Positions 40,927 through 53,784 of a DNA stretch of 64,000 bases are shown one piece after another. A model generated the notes under the pieces. That model ran no database searches. It worked only from the letters and a program-made list of their open reading frames with translations, and was not told the origin of the DNA. Numbering within the stretch: the first letter of the stretch is position 1; every line of letters starts with the position of its first letter. Source of the stretch: Octopus vulgaris (taxonomy: Eukaryota); NCBI GenBank assembly GCA_951406725.2, contig OX597828.1, forward strand, positions 39,432,001-39,496,000, written 5' to 3'. Both the position numbers and the translations under genes were made by a program.

Positions 40927-41745
40927 AGAGATTCAGTCACTTCTATTTAAGCCTTGATCACAAATTTGCTCGTAAATTCATAATAAATATAATTTTTGAT
41001 GCAATTTTGTGCGTCCATATTCAACTAATTGGGTTTTTTGTCTCTTAAAATGTCTACACAGTATGCATGGGTGCACGGGTTCTGCATACTGCAGGTAACA
41101 TGTCTTAAGATATTTAGGTGATTCGAGATTCACTGAGTCAATCGAACTAAATCACTTTGTAAAATCTGTATGAAAGAAGCGTATTACGAATTATCATCTG
41201 TAATATATTTCTTCCAAAAAGCTGGTATTGATCAAATATTTACGTGTTTCACATTGAGAGACGATATTTTATAAGTGCAATGTTCATATAAATCTCAATT
41301 TCCTTCGCGTTTTAATTGATTATACTATTTTATGCACTTGAAATACAACAGACCTGGTATCGAAGTTAAATCATTTAGCAATTCATATTGATTTAAAGAG
41401 AATTGTTTCCCTAATATCATTTAATAGGACTTTAATGTGTAAGATACATGAGTATATATTTGTTGGTTAACTAGAAATGACTTTTCTTTGATATCTAGTC
41501 ATTTGTATTTCAGTATCCAGATTTAACTTCAATTTTTAAAATTTAATGAAAATAGTCTTCTATGGATTATAACCGACTGTTTATTCTCCAATAAGCAGTA
41601 GTGATTTTATGTTTAGATATTATACACAGGCTCATGACTATATTTGATTCGTGCAATGTTAATGTAACATCTGGATTTCCTTGTCCGAAATTTAAAAATC
41701 TAGAACAATCCCTTATCCTTTATCTCAATAAGATGTTTTAAAATT

Positions 41746-41962
41746 TAAGGCGGCGTGCTGGCAGAAGCGTTAGCTTGCCGCACAAAATTCTTAGCGGCAT
41801 TTCGTCCGTCTTTACATTCTGAGTTCAAATTCCGCCGGGGTTGACTTTCCCTTTCATCCTTTCGGGGGCGATAAATAAAGTACCAGTTGAGTACTGGGAT
41901 TAATGTAATCGACTTACCCCATCCCCGAAATTGCTGGCTTTGCCCCAAAATTTGAAACCAAT
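41746..41962 (+). mobile_element. SINE family B
   Basis: Head, B-box and core. Confidence 0.85.
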
Positions 41963-42295
41963 ATGACGTTTTAAATCTGATGTGGAATTGGTGTATATTC
42001 CTCATAAGCTTTTCTGTGGGGAAATAGAGTGTTGTGTTCAACTGCGAACCGTCTGGTTTTTCTTAGAAAAAAATTTCCTATCCTGAAAAATACCTCCTTA
42101 CTAAAACAAGTTATTATTATTTCTTTACATATATAAAAAAAAAAAAAACTCAGATGTAAAGTATGTTTGGTATTTTTCTCATATGGGTTGACAAAGACAT
42201 GTAGTACATTCGTTTTCTATACGAGGCGGTACCATGGCTAATGAGGTAATTCTGAGGCGTGGCTATTGCTTATTGAAACTTTTTATAGCACTTTC

Positions 42296-42390
42296 GAGTT
42301 ATCTGCTCTTACATTCCTGACTCAATTTGTAAACATTCGTTCGAAATTTGCGCCAGAACACATACGCAAAAATATATATTGCAGGTGAGT
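42296..42390 (+). promoter_or_regulatory. Module 3: 23-mer (42296-42318) + CAG|GTGAGT (42385)
   Basis: Exact motif. Confidence 0.6.
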
Positions 42391-44638
42391 AGAGATTCAG
42401 TCACTTCTATTTCAGCCTTGATCACAAATTTGCTCGTAAATTCATAATAAATATAACTTTTAATGCAATTTTGTGCGTCTATATTCAACTAATTGGGTTT
42501 TTTTGTCTCTTAAAATGTCTACACAGTATGCATGGGTGCACGGGTTCTGCATACTGCAGGTAGCATGTCTTAAGATATTTAGGTGATTCGAGATTCACTG
42601 AGTCAATCGAACTAAATCACTTTGTAAAATCTGTATGAAAGAAGCGTATTACGAATTATCATCTGTAATATATTTCTTCCAAAAAGCTGGTATTGATCAA
42701 ATATTTACGTGTTTCACATTGAGAGACGATATTTTATAAGTGCAATGTTCATATAAATCTCAATTTCCTTCGCGTTTTAATTGATTATACTATTTTATGC
42801 ACTTGAAATACAACAGACCTGGTATCGACCTTAAATCATTTAGCAATTCATATCGATTTAAAGAGAATTTCGTCTGAGGGTTCTAAGAAGTTTCAGTAGA
42901 AAATCGTTAGTGTTTGATAAAGTTCTTCCATAGTGTTCATACAAATTTAATTTCATTATGTTATGAAATTAATTTGTAAATGCAACGATGTAGTCACAGT
43001 TAAAAAGGTTTAATTGCTTCCTAACTATAATTAAATCTTTCATCTTTTACGTGTTTCGGTCATTAGACAGCAGCCATGTTGTGGACCACCTTAAAAACTT
43101 CAATCAAATAAATCGACACTGGTACTTATTTTTGAAGCCTAAGATTTATGCTCTTTTGCCTAACCGCTAAGTTACAGGGACGTAAACAACCAAGCGGTGG
43201 TGAGGGACATAATTTCAGCAAGTTTAAAGTTATGGATGATGGGTTAAATATTTAAAAAAATAAAACCTTGTATATTGTAATATTTGCGACTGGGTAATCA
43301 TTACAAATATCATGGTGGGGTGACCACATGCGTTCACACGCGCACGCACATACGTGTGTGTGTGTGTGTCTGTCTGTCTCTACCAGCGCTTGACAAACAG
43401 TGTTGGTTTATTTACGTCATCGTAATTTTGCGGTTCAGCAAAAGAGAATAAGTACGTCGACTCGGAGCTATAATAGAAGTTATAATAGAAGACGCCAGAG
43501 CCGGTTTTAAGCCAATTAGATTTGTTCCAATTGGACCCTGCCCCAAGAGAGGGCCCCGCGCACCCGCTCAAGCGGAGGACACTGTGATGAATTTTTAGTA
43601 TAGCATTGTGGCTAATGGTCCTCAATGCGTTTTGGCTGGGCCTGGCGTATTACACGAAGCATAAAACATCAATCTTCAGCTTTTGTAGAGTAGAGGACCC
43701 TACTGACAAATCTCTGAACCCCGTACTTCCAAGCGCCGGCCCTGGAAGACACTTGCTCAAGATGCCGCGCAGTAGAATTGAACCCAGCACCACAAGTTTG
43801 AGAAGCAACCTTCTTAACCACACAGTGACATTTATGCTTGTATATGTTTTCTATTTTAAAAAATGCTGTGCTGTCATTTTTGAAAGTTATTTATAAGCTT
43901 TATTAATTAAAAAACAACAATATAATTTTGCACGCAGATGGAAAACGTCTGTTCATTGTAATAATACGCCAGCTGATAAGGCTGTGTCTCCGGACATTAT
44001 TCACGGAGTCATTCCCTATTCATTGAGGATACGATCCTACGCCGAGTAAACACTTCTATCCGTACTTTTTGGTAGACATTCGCATCATGTAAATATATAT
44101 AGCGCCATGATTGACCGCTAAATCCACAAGTTTTTTTTTTTCTTTCATTCTCTCTCTGTTTATTTCATCGTATTCCTTTCTGTTGAAGAGCGTAGGCTCG
44201 AAACGTAAAAGGCTTTCTCACTTGCTCGAGCATCAAATTAATACACCCACTTGTTGTTTATACACCTGTCTTCGTCTTTTGTTTTCCTGTAAATTTCAAC
44301 TATATATATATAAATACAGATGCGCGCGCACACACACACACATACAATCTGCAATTGAAATCGGTATTTCAAAAGGTTGTGGTATGTCAGGAGACTTGAA
44401 ATCTAGATAGGATGCCTGTGACAGAAGGTAAACGGGAACCAGGAAGTGTTGTTAAACTGGACGGTGTATTAAGCCTGGTTTTGTTTTATTTAAATTCAGA
44501 AAATTGAAATATCAATAAAAGTTAGCTCTGATTCAAATGAATTATTTTGAGATATTTATCCAGCACTTACCACTGTTGTGCGAAGCGAGAATGGATTGCA
44601 TGTATCGTATAAGTTTATAAAGACATCAAATATTTGAA

Positions 44639-44719
44639 GAGTTATCTGCTCTTACATTCCTGACTGTAAACATTTGTTTAAAATCTGCAGCAAAATAACA
44701 TCAAATGTTACAGGTAAGT
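44639..44719 (+). promoter_or_regulatory. Module 4: 23-mer (44639-44661) + CAG|GTAAGT (44714)
   Basis: Exact motif; upstream GAAGCGAGAATGGATTG block. Confidence 0.6.
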
Positions 44720-45755
44720 GGTGATTCATTTATCTTTGATTAAACGTCATAAAATTGACGATTAAATTATAATTACTTATAACATATGGCCTACTTTTGC
44801 ATCTCTATTTTCACTTAGCACGATAATTTTCTTTCTGTTAAATCATTTTCTACACCACCTGTATATTATGTGATTGTGCGGGTGTCCACATTTGATCAAC
44901 AACAGATAACTTCACTCTGGTATTTAGGTATTTGAATTTCAATGCGACAATTTAATTTCACCTTTTCATAAAACTGTACGCAAAAGACTACATTTGAAGA
45001 CACAGAATTATTACCAATTACGTGCGTTTTCTAATAACTAATACTGAACAAATATTTATATACATATCAATGATATGCATATCGATTTTTCAGTTCAATG
45101 TTGACAAAAACTTAATTGGTTTTTTTTTTAGATTTAATTCCCTCTATTATTTGATACATTTGTGAAATGACATCTGGAACTGAAAATAACCATACGTTTC
45201 AGAAAAGGAACTTTAAATAACTCGGTATTTCTTTTACTATTGTTTATTGAAAATTAACTTGAATATCTTAAGAAATTAGTCTGCGTACGTTTTTCACGTA
45301 GAAACATTTTATTGCTTCCTATTGTTTTGTGGATGCAATCAAATTTTATAAATGTTGTTTTAGAAATATGGTTTAGAGCGGTGTTTCTCTAACTATCTGA
45401 TGTGGCATACCAGCATTTTTTTCGATGTGCCTGGGACCGGTAATATTTCTTGGTAATATTGATTTATACCAGAAACAATATAGATTTTGCCATGAGGTTT
45501 GTGCGCTTATGTTTTAAAACTTAGTCAAGAGGGACGAGTTTTGCCTATGGCCTTCAGAGATACTCTGAGAAAAGTGAGGTGAATACAGTTGTAGTAATGT
45601 ATACAGTTTGGGTTGGTTATGTATGATGTAATGTCTTAAGAGTTGACATTGAATATCAATTACCGCAAGAAGGTTTGAAAAAGAAAAAAAAATCTATACA
45701 CGCTTGTTGCTCTAGTCACGAACTGGATGAGAAGTTCATAAAGTGTTATATATTG

Positions 45756-46056
45756 AGTGGGCAGTCTCAAAAGGCTGCCTGATCCCACGAAGGTACTCAA
45801 TGGGCAGTCTCAAAAGGCTGCCTCATCCCACGAAGGTACTCAGTGGGCAGTCTCAAAAGGCTGCCTCATCCCACGAAGGTACTCAGTGGGCAGTCTCAAA
45901 AGGCTGCCTGATCCCACGAAGGTACTCAGTGGGCAGTCTCAAAAGGCTGCCTGATCCCACGAAGGTACTCAGTGGGCAGTCTCAAAAGGCTACTTGATCC
46001 CACGAAGGTACTCAGTGGGCAGTCTCAAAAGGCTGCCTCATCCCACGAAGGTGCTC
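45756..46056. repeat. 7 x 43-bp minisatellite AGTGGGCAGTCTCAAAAGGCTGCCTGATCCCACGAAGGTACTC
   Basis: Unit starts at 45756, 45799, 45842, 45885, 45928, 45971 and 46014. Confidence 0.97.
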
Positions 46057-47394
46057 CTTGTCTAATCAAGGTTCGGACGGTACATAAAAGAGCTTTTCTT
46101 CCTATATCCTGTGCTAAAGAGTAGCCTGACCCTAGAGAAAGTGCAATGGAAATCGATGCGTCAAGAATTTTTATCCTTTGGTCTGTAGCCTTCACCAAAT
46201 CCTCACAATATAGAAGAAACCCGTATCGTGTTGGGTTTGGGGAAATTTTATCTAGTTACCGGTCAATTACAGAGTGTGATGAGAGAACGGAAGCCCTTTT
46301 ACATGTAGGTTGACAAAAAGCACTGAATTGTTTTAATTTTATGTTTTATTGATATCGCAGGGATTCAGTTACTTCTGTTTAAACCAGGATTCGGCGAAGT
46401 GGCCAATATTGACTCATGGGTCTTTATGTACCTGTCCAACGGCTCGGTAAATACCTGAAACGATTTGGGGCATTAAGGATGCTAAATAATTAGTGAACTG
46501 AATCTGGTGATTTAAGGTTAATACCATGGAGCCTTAAAACTTTTGGAGATTTAGTTAGTTTTTTTCTATATCTTCAGTAGAGAATATTACGTTTGAGAGA
46601 ATGTCACAAAATATGTTTGACCGTTTCACGAAAAGAAAAATTCTGAAATTACAGTGAAGCCTTCGTTTACGAATAGTTTGTTCTGTTGTGGAAACAATAA
46701 CATATATAAGCGTTTTGTATATTATGCTATGTAACGTATTTGTACGTTGTACTAAAGGAAAACCGTTACGTATTTAGTTGGGAAGCAGTTTATATGAAGT
46801 TATAAAAAATATGCTAACCATAAAACTTGTGTATTTATTCAAATAAAATATATTTAGCTTTTTGATGGATAGTTATTGGTTGCTGAAGTTCGGTGTGATA
46901 ATTCAATGAATCATGAGACAAAATAATAGAATATCTTCACTTTATGTAAATATGTATGCATCTGAGAGAGTGAATGAGTGTGTATGTCTATGTGCGTGTG
47001 TGTGAATCTGTGTTTATGTATGTGTGCAGATATATACAGGTGTTTATTTCCATATATGTACTTAGGCGTGTTCATCTACGTGTGTGTGTGTTTGTAAAAT
47101 GACAAGTGTTTTACATCTAGTTGGCTAACCTTTGTTTATAATGATTATGCACCACGTGATAGTACAGACATCCAAAGGAGAAACCCACTCACTTGGCCAT
47201 TGCCATATATGGTAGTACTCACGTTGCTACGGAAAGCTTGTACGCTTATACCTCCAGCATGCAGTTGTACGGCAAAAAGAAAAGAAAAATTGAAACGAGC
47301 GCGGTAGAATATTTCGTTAACGCCCAACCGGATATCACCGACCACTGATGTGTGAAGTGAAAATACAATGTATATACCATAGACGCTAACAATG

Positions 47395-47474
47395 GCTCTA
47401 ACATTTCTGAATCGATACGTAATCATTTATTGTCAGTTTCTCACTGAACACATCAAATCATATTACAGGTGAGT
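47395..47474 (+). promoter_or_regulatory. Module 5 (degenerate): half motif GCTCTAACATTTCT + CAG|GTGAGT (47469)
   Basis: Upstream CTGATGTGTGAAG block and downstream GAACACATCAAATCATAT shared with module 13; the GATA half is missing. Confidence 0.45.
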
Positions 47475-48059
47475 GATGATAACTAGATCATGGTTTAAAA
47501 CTATTAAAAAAATTCAAGTCTAGTTTATGATTACATATAACACGTTCTCTACTTTTACGTATCTGTTTGCATCAACCTAACAGGGCATTTTCTTTCTACT
47601 TTATAATTCTCAATGCGGTTTATATATTGTTTATGTTGCTGTGTGAGTGTATTCGTTTTGATAAGCTACAGAATACAATTTCTCTGCTATTTTTGACTTT
47701 TAGATTTTAATGAGTCGATTTAACTTCAATCCATAAAATTTGCTGGCAAAGTGAATTCTAGATACAATACAAACTGCATGCGAATATATAAAATTATAAC
47801 TATTTTCAGTTGACTCTAGTGTCCCACAACGTTCAGTTTCTATCTCCCGTCCTCTTCCTTCTAAACACAAAGGACTTGTTGCCATATTCAACAGCCCCTA
47901 TGCTTATGCAAACGACACAGCCCTTTACTCATCTCTAACCTTCCTTAACTATGCATCATCCACACGCCAAATTTGCATTGAGCATAAGCGGAGACCCTAA
48001 AGGCATCCTGCTGTAAGATCGTGGCCAACCTTTTCGTTTTTAACAGTAAAATCTCAAGC

Positions 48060-48165
48060 GCTACTCGTATAAAGAAAACACTAGCACGCAGCAACCCTCA
48101 ACTGGAGCCCTCATAGTCGCTCCAAATTACGGACCTCAATATCATTGAAAATCTCTCCTGATGAA
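48060..48165 (+). mobile_element. Possible Tc1 transposase remnant
   Basis: ...TDLNIIENL resembles the SPDLNPIENLW motif. Confidence 0.35.
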
Positions 48166-48695
48166 AGAATATTTTTAGCATAGATTGTACTTTAGTTTTC
48201 AAGGCCAGAAAATATTTCACTTCCCGACAACGGTTGACATTCTCTCTGCAACGCTCCTCTGGAATGTTTGCAGTCATGTATAAAGCTTGTATATATGTCG
48301 CAATGTAATTTTTGAAGTTATTTGTGTTTTACGAATTAAACAAGACAAAAATGTTCTGCATATAGTTTGCAAACTTTTCTATATAGTCTCCAGTTGATAA
48401 GGCAGCTCCCCACGTATTATCCATCGGATAACAGTGGTGATTGAATTAACACCCAATGTGAAATTTAGACTGGGAGTTTGCGACCGTAAATCTACTATAG
48501 GAAGTTAATATCTGAGAGGAGCAGTTCACGGGGGTGGCGTGTCAGGATTAATATCGATTGAATCATACAATTGTACGATTAATAAAATTTATCTCATCTC
48601 AAAGTCAATTATTGAGTTTTATTGACCTATCACAAACTATTGATTTGTGAAGCGAAAATGGAATGCGGAAATCAAATTGCTTAGCAACAGTCTAC

Positions 48696-48773
48696 AAGTT
48701 ATCTGCTCTTACATTCCTAACCTGTTTTGTAATCACTTATTGTAAATCGGCAGGTGGACGAATTCAGGTGAGT
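48696..48773 (+). promoter_or_regulatory. Module 6: 23-mer (1 mismatch, 48696-48718) + CAG|GTGAGT (48768)
   Basis: AAGTTATCTGCTCTTACATTCCT; upstream TGTGAAGCGAAAATGGAATG. Confidence 0.6.
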
Positions 48774-48958
48774 GGAGTTTCGTTCAACATTCTACAGAGT
48801 TTCAGTCTGAAATTTAAGATTAGTTTATAATTTCATATAACTTGCTCTCCTCATTTTGTATATCTACTTTCACCTTACAGGTTAATTTCATTTCTTCTTA
48901 AATAATTTTTTTTATGCAATCTATGGATTGTTTATGGCCTGTGAGTGTACACGTGTTG

Positions 48959-48992
48959 ATCTGCTCTTACATTCCTAACTTGTTTTGTAATC
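48959..48992 (+). repeat. Module 7: partial local re-copy of the module 6 motif
   Basis: ATCTGCTCTTACATTCCTAACTTGTTTTGTAATC versus 48701-48734. Confidence 0.75.
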
Positions 48993-50149
48993 TAGCTGAG
49001 TGGACTGTAGCAGCGTCAAATAAAGTGTCTTGCTCAAGGACAGTGTATTTTCAATGTGAGAGAATATTTTTCACAACTGTTCATAGAAAATATAAATTAA
49101 CCCTAAACTAAACTAATTCTTAACTAATCTGTAGCTGTGTTAGTATTTCGGTTTGTAATTTTCCGTTAATTTGTGAATGCAATTAGTTTATAAATTTTGA
49201 CTATTGAATTTTTCAAAATTCAAGATTTCTGTCTTTGCTTTATGGTTTATTCACAACAAATGTGTTACGTTTGATCTTCGCAGATCTTCTGCCTTATTTC
49301 AATTTCTATCAGTTAATGACTGCTGATGTATTCACGAAGAACAAAATGCATTTTTTTAAATATTAGTTAGCAAATGCGTACATTTTCATTTCGTGTGTTT
49401 TATTGTCTCTTTTTATAATATAATTATGGGAAGATATAAAGCTACACAGTATATGATTAACGTCTTTCTTTACCCATGTTTTGGTCAGTTACAGAATAGT
49501 CAATTGGGATCCAATAAGTGAATTTTAACTGCTTCACATTCTAAAATCTATATGAAAAGAGAATTCTATGACCTATAAGCATTTATGTTGTCTTTCCAAT
49601 AATTTGTGGTACAAAAATATTTAGATATTTCGCATTGGTTTACAATATTTTGTCGGTATACTGTCGATATCAATTTAGATTAAAGATGAGAAAATTTCTT
49701 TCATACTTGTCCTACAAATTTAAAGTGAACATTTTATCGGATGAATCAGTATTTGCATGTTCATTGTGTTACGGTCAGAAAAATTCCATTGTCTTCTGAG
49801 GTATAACTACGTGTCTAAACATTGTTTACAACATTTTGCAAAGAAGTGTTGAAAGCTATTTATATGCTTTAAATACAAGATCAATGTGAGTTTTGCATCT
49901 ATCTTACTAATATTTGTTTGTAGTGATTTTACTGAAGGCAGCCGTTACAGTGTATAGGGGCTCCCACCACTGAGCGACTTCTGTACATTCCGATAAACAG
50001 TCGCACCGTAGAGAGAGAATTGCCGCGACAGTCAGCACATCAAAACATTGCGTTACGCCCAACCTGAAATCTAAACCGGTTTCTAATAATCGTATTTTGT
50101 TCTTTTGTTTTGGGACTTGAGAGCAATGAGGTACCGTTAAACATGTCAG

Positions 50150-50330
50150 GCCTGATATAGTTTAAATCATAATGTTGTACTATGAATTAATTAATCATAT
50201 TTTAAAATCAATTATTATGAGGTATTCATCTATAATCGACAACTGATTTGTGAAGCGGGAATGGAATGTTTTATGTCATAGTTAAAGAAAGGCCTGTAGT
50301 TGTTGGTGAGTTATCTGCTCTTACATTCCT
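50150..50330 (+). promoter_or_regulatory. Module 8: GGCCTGATAT box, GGAATGGAATG, exact 23-mer (50308-50330); donor deleted
   Basis: Near-identical to module 9 except for a deletion removing CAGGTGAGT. Confidence 0.55.
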
Positions 50331-50518
50331 AACCCGTTTTGTAATCATTTATTCTAAATCGCTGTTTGTTCGAATCCAGTCTCTACGAACTTTTAGTCTG
50401 AAATTTAAGATTAATTTATGACACATTACTCATAACGTATTTTCCCTCTTTGTGTATCAGTTTTTATCTTACGGGATAATTATTTACTTATTAAATAATT
50501 TTCTACACAACGCATATA

Positions 50519-50871
50519 TTGGAGTAAAGATTGCTTGCCAACATAACATGGCAGTTCTGGGTTAGGACGAATGTTGCTGTAATTTAGCCCCAGGAGACAT
50601 CGTCTCCAGCTGGCTATACAACATGATCTGTGCCCTTATATTTTCAAACAAGGGAATCTAGCACCCCCGCTCAGCTCAAAACATATCATATCGACAACTG
50701 AAGTGCTTTGCAAAATGTTGTAAACAATGTTTAGATTCCCTTGTTCGAAAATATAAGGACAGATCATGTCGTATGGCCAGCCGGAGGCGATGTCTCCTGG
50801 GGCTAAATTACAGCAACATTCTTTCTAAACCAGGCCTGCCATGTTATGTTGGCAAACAATCTTTACTCCAA
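50519..50871. mobile_element. Long-TIR palindromic MITE (a fragment is also at ~25114-25227)
   Basis: TTGGAGTAAAGATTGCTTGCCAACATAACATGGCAG... / ...CTGCCATGTTATGTTGGCAAACAATCTTTACTCCAA; arms ~140 bp. Confidence 0.85.
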
Positions 50872-52040
50872 TTGTACTGTTGCTGAATATCTCTCGTTGT
50901 GAGGTTTACAAATAGTAATTTTCTAACGCATATATTGTTTTATGTAGCATCGTGGGTATACAAGTATTCATCGACTTGAGTTAACTTTTCTCCAGTGTGT
51001 CGACATTTCAATTTCCTAGGAGTCACTGTTACATCATCCATCATTTCATATACTTTATATGCAAACTTAAATGCATACGAATTGCATATGATATAGCATT
51101 ATAAACAGTTGTCAGTTCCTTTGAAAATCTAATAGTAATCTAACTATTTGTCAATTCGATGTCTTCAAATTAGAAAGAATTTACCACCTACAATTTCGGA
51201 AAAGAACTTTTTAATGTGACGGATTTCTTTCACCATTATTCATAGAAAATTCGAATTGAATCTCTTAACTAAATTAATCTGTGGTTGTGTTAAGTCTTGC
51301 GGAGTTACACATTCTGTTGTGTTGTGCACACAATCAAATTTAAATATTTGGCGTAGAATAGCATGTAAAGAGTTTTTCAAAGTCCCCGGTTTTTCTTTTT
51401 GTGTTTTATACTTTAGTCGAAAGGAATGAGTTTTGTCTGATCTTCTCACAGTCCTCTGCTTCATTTCAATTACTAACCGCTGAAGTATTCACAAAGAAGA
51501 GATGCGTTTTTGATATAAGTTGACAAATGCATACATTTTCATTTCATGTGTTTTATCATCTCTTTTTATAATATAATCATGGGGAGATGAATCAACTTCA
51601 GTTTTCGTGACCTTCTCTATAAATATTGTTTCTGAATCTGTGACGAAATCCATGGATGAGGAGCGGGGATTCCTTCGCTGCTATGTGAATATTTACTCCA
51701 AATTCGAGGCAAATTTTCAACTACTTATAACTTATTCTACATAATTATGTTCATTTATTTTTTATATAATAGGAATTTGTATGTAAAGCTATATTGCATA
51801 TGATTATCGTGTCTGTGTGTTCATGTTTTGATCAATCACAGAATAGTCAGTTGGGATTCAATGATTAAATTTTAACTGCTTCAATTTCTAAGATCCATAT
51901 GAAAAGAGAATTTAATAGCATTTATGTTGTCTTTCCAATAATTTGTGGTACCAAAATATTCAGATATTTCACTTTGGTTCACAATATTCTGTCGGTATAC
52001 TGTCGATATCAATCTAGAATTAAAGATGTGAGAAAATTTC

Positions 52041-52387
52041 GGTCAAACTAAAGCGTTTGACCGGGGTCAGAGAAACAAAAAAAAAAGTGAATTTTCCGAG
52101 TCCTCTCCTCCACCCCTTTCGCGAGTGCGCATTTTTTTTGTCATATTCGTTTAGAGCAAGTTGTTTTAACCCTATTACACTATTTTTTTTTTTTTTTGTG
52201 CCCGGGTCAGACCCTCAGAGGCTTTCGGAAAATCACTATGTGAATTTTCCGAGGCCTTTCCCCCCACCCTCACTTTCGCGAGTGCGCATTTTTTTTTTGT
52301 CATATTCGTTTAGAGGAAGTTGTTTTCCACCTATTACACTATTTTTTGTTTTGTTTTTCTGACCGGGTCAAACACTTTAGTTTGACC
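52041..52387. mobile_element. MITE with GG...CC ends and 8-bp TSD (Merlin-like), with an internal tandem duplication
   Basis: TIR GGTCAAACTAAAGCGTTTGACC / GGTCAAACACTTTAGTTTGACC; TSD AAAATTTC / AAATTTTC; empty site in the paralogous unit at ~49690. Confidence 0.8.
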
Positions 52388-52640
52388 AAATTTTCTTTCC
52401 TATTTGTCCATACATATTTAAAGTGAACATTTTGTCGAATGAATCAGTATTTGTATGTTCATTGTGTTACCGTCAGGAAAATTCCATTGTCTTCTGAGGT
52501 ATAACTACGTGTCTAAACATTGTTTACAACATTTTGCAAAGAAGTGTTCAAACCTATTTATATGCTTTAAAAATAACAAGATCAGAGTGAGTTTTGCATC
52601 TATCTTACTAATGTTTGTAGTGACTTTACTGAAGTTAGTA

Positions 52641-52796
52641 AGGCTGCTGTGTGGTAAGTAGCTTGCTTACGAACCACATGGTTCCGGGTTCAGTCCAACT
52701 GCGTGGCACCTTGGGCAAGTGTCTTCTACTATAGCCTCGGGCCGACCAAAGCCTTGTGAGTGGATTTGGTGGACGGAAACTGAAAGAAGCCCGTCG

Positions 52797-52835
<39 letters not shown>

Positions 52836-53057
52836 GTTTGTGTTTGTATGTCTGTGTTCGTCCCCCCCCCCAACATCGCTTGACAACCGATGCTGGTGTG
52901 TTTACGTCCCCGTAACTTAGCGGTTCGGCAAAAAAGAGACCGATAGAATAAGTACTATGCTTACAAAGAATAAGTCCTGAGGTCGATTTGCTCGACTAAA
53001 AGCGGTGCTCCAGCATGGCCACAGTCAAATGACTGAAACAAATAAAAGAGTAAAGAG
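52641..53057 (+). mobile_element. SINE family A, apparently young
   Basis: Near-consensus with CpGs intact; absent from the paralogous unit at ~49935. Confidence 0.9.
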
Positions 53058-53291
53058 TATATACCCACTGAGACCACCGCTACAGTATATAGCGGCAACC
53101 ACCACTGAACGACTCTCGAACATTCTGATAAACAGTCGCAATGTACAGAGAAAATTGCCGAGACAACCAGTTCGTGAAAACATTGCGTGAAACCCAACCA
53201 GAAATCTAAACCGGATATTAGTAATCGTGTTTTTCTCTGTGTGTCTGTGTCAAATGAACTTGAGAGCAATGAGGTACCATTAAGCATGTCA

Positions 53292-53540
53292 GGCCTGATA
53301 TCGTTTAAATCATAATGTTGTACTATGAATTAAGTAATTATATATTGAAATCAATTATTACGAAGTATTCATCTATTATCGACAACTGATTTGTGAAGCG
53401 GGAATGGAATGATTTATGTCATAGTTAAAGAAAGGCCTGTAGTTTTTGGGTGAGTTATCTGCTCTTACATTCCTAACCCGTTTTGTAATCATTTATTCTA
53501 AATCGCTGTTTGTTCGAATCCAATCACGTAACAGGTGAGT
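53292..53540 (+). promoter_or_regulatory. Module 9: GGCCTGATAT box, GGAATGGAATG, 23-mer (53452-53474) + CAG|GTGAGT (53535)
   Basis: Exact motif. Confidence 0.6.
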
Positions 53541-53611
53541 GAAGCTTGGATCAAAACTCTACAAACGTTTTATTTGAAATTTAAGATAAATTTATAATTA
53601 CATATAACTTG

Positions 53612-53693
<82 letters not shown>

Positions 53694-53784
53694 CTCTGTC
53701 TTTCTCTTTTCACTTTGCAGGATAATTTGTTACTTCTTAAATAATTTTATGTACAGCCTATGTATTGTTTATATTGCTGTTTGG

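Noticed and set aside
45756-46056. Hammerhead ribozyme satellite
   Set aside because: Has CTGAT and GAA but lacks the CUGAnGA and GAAA core
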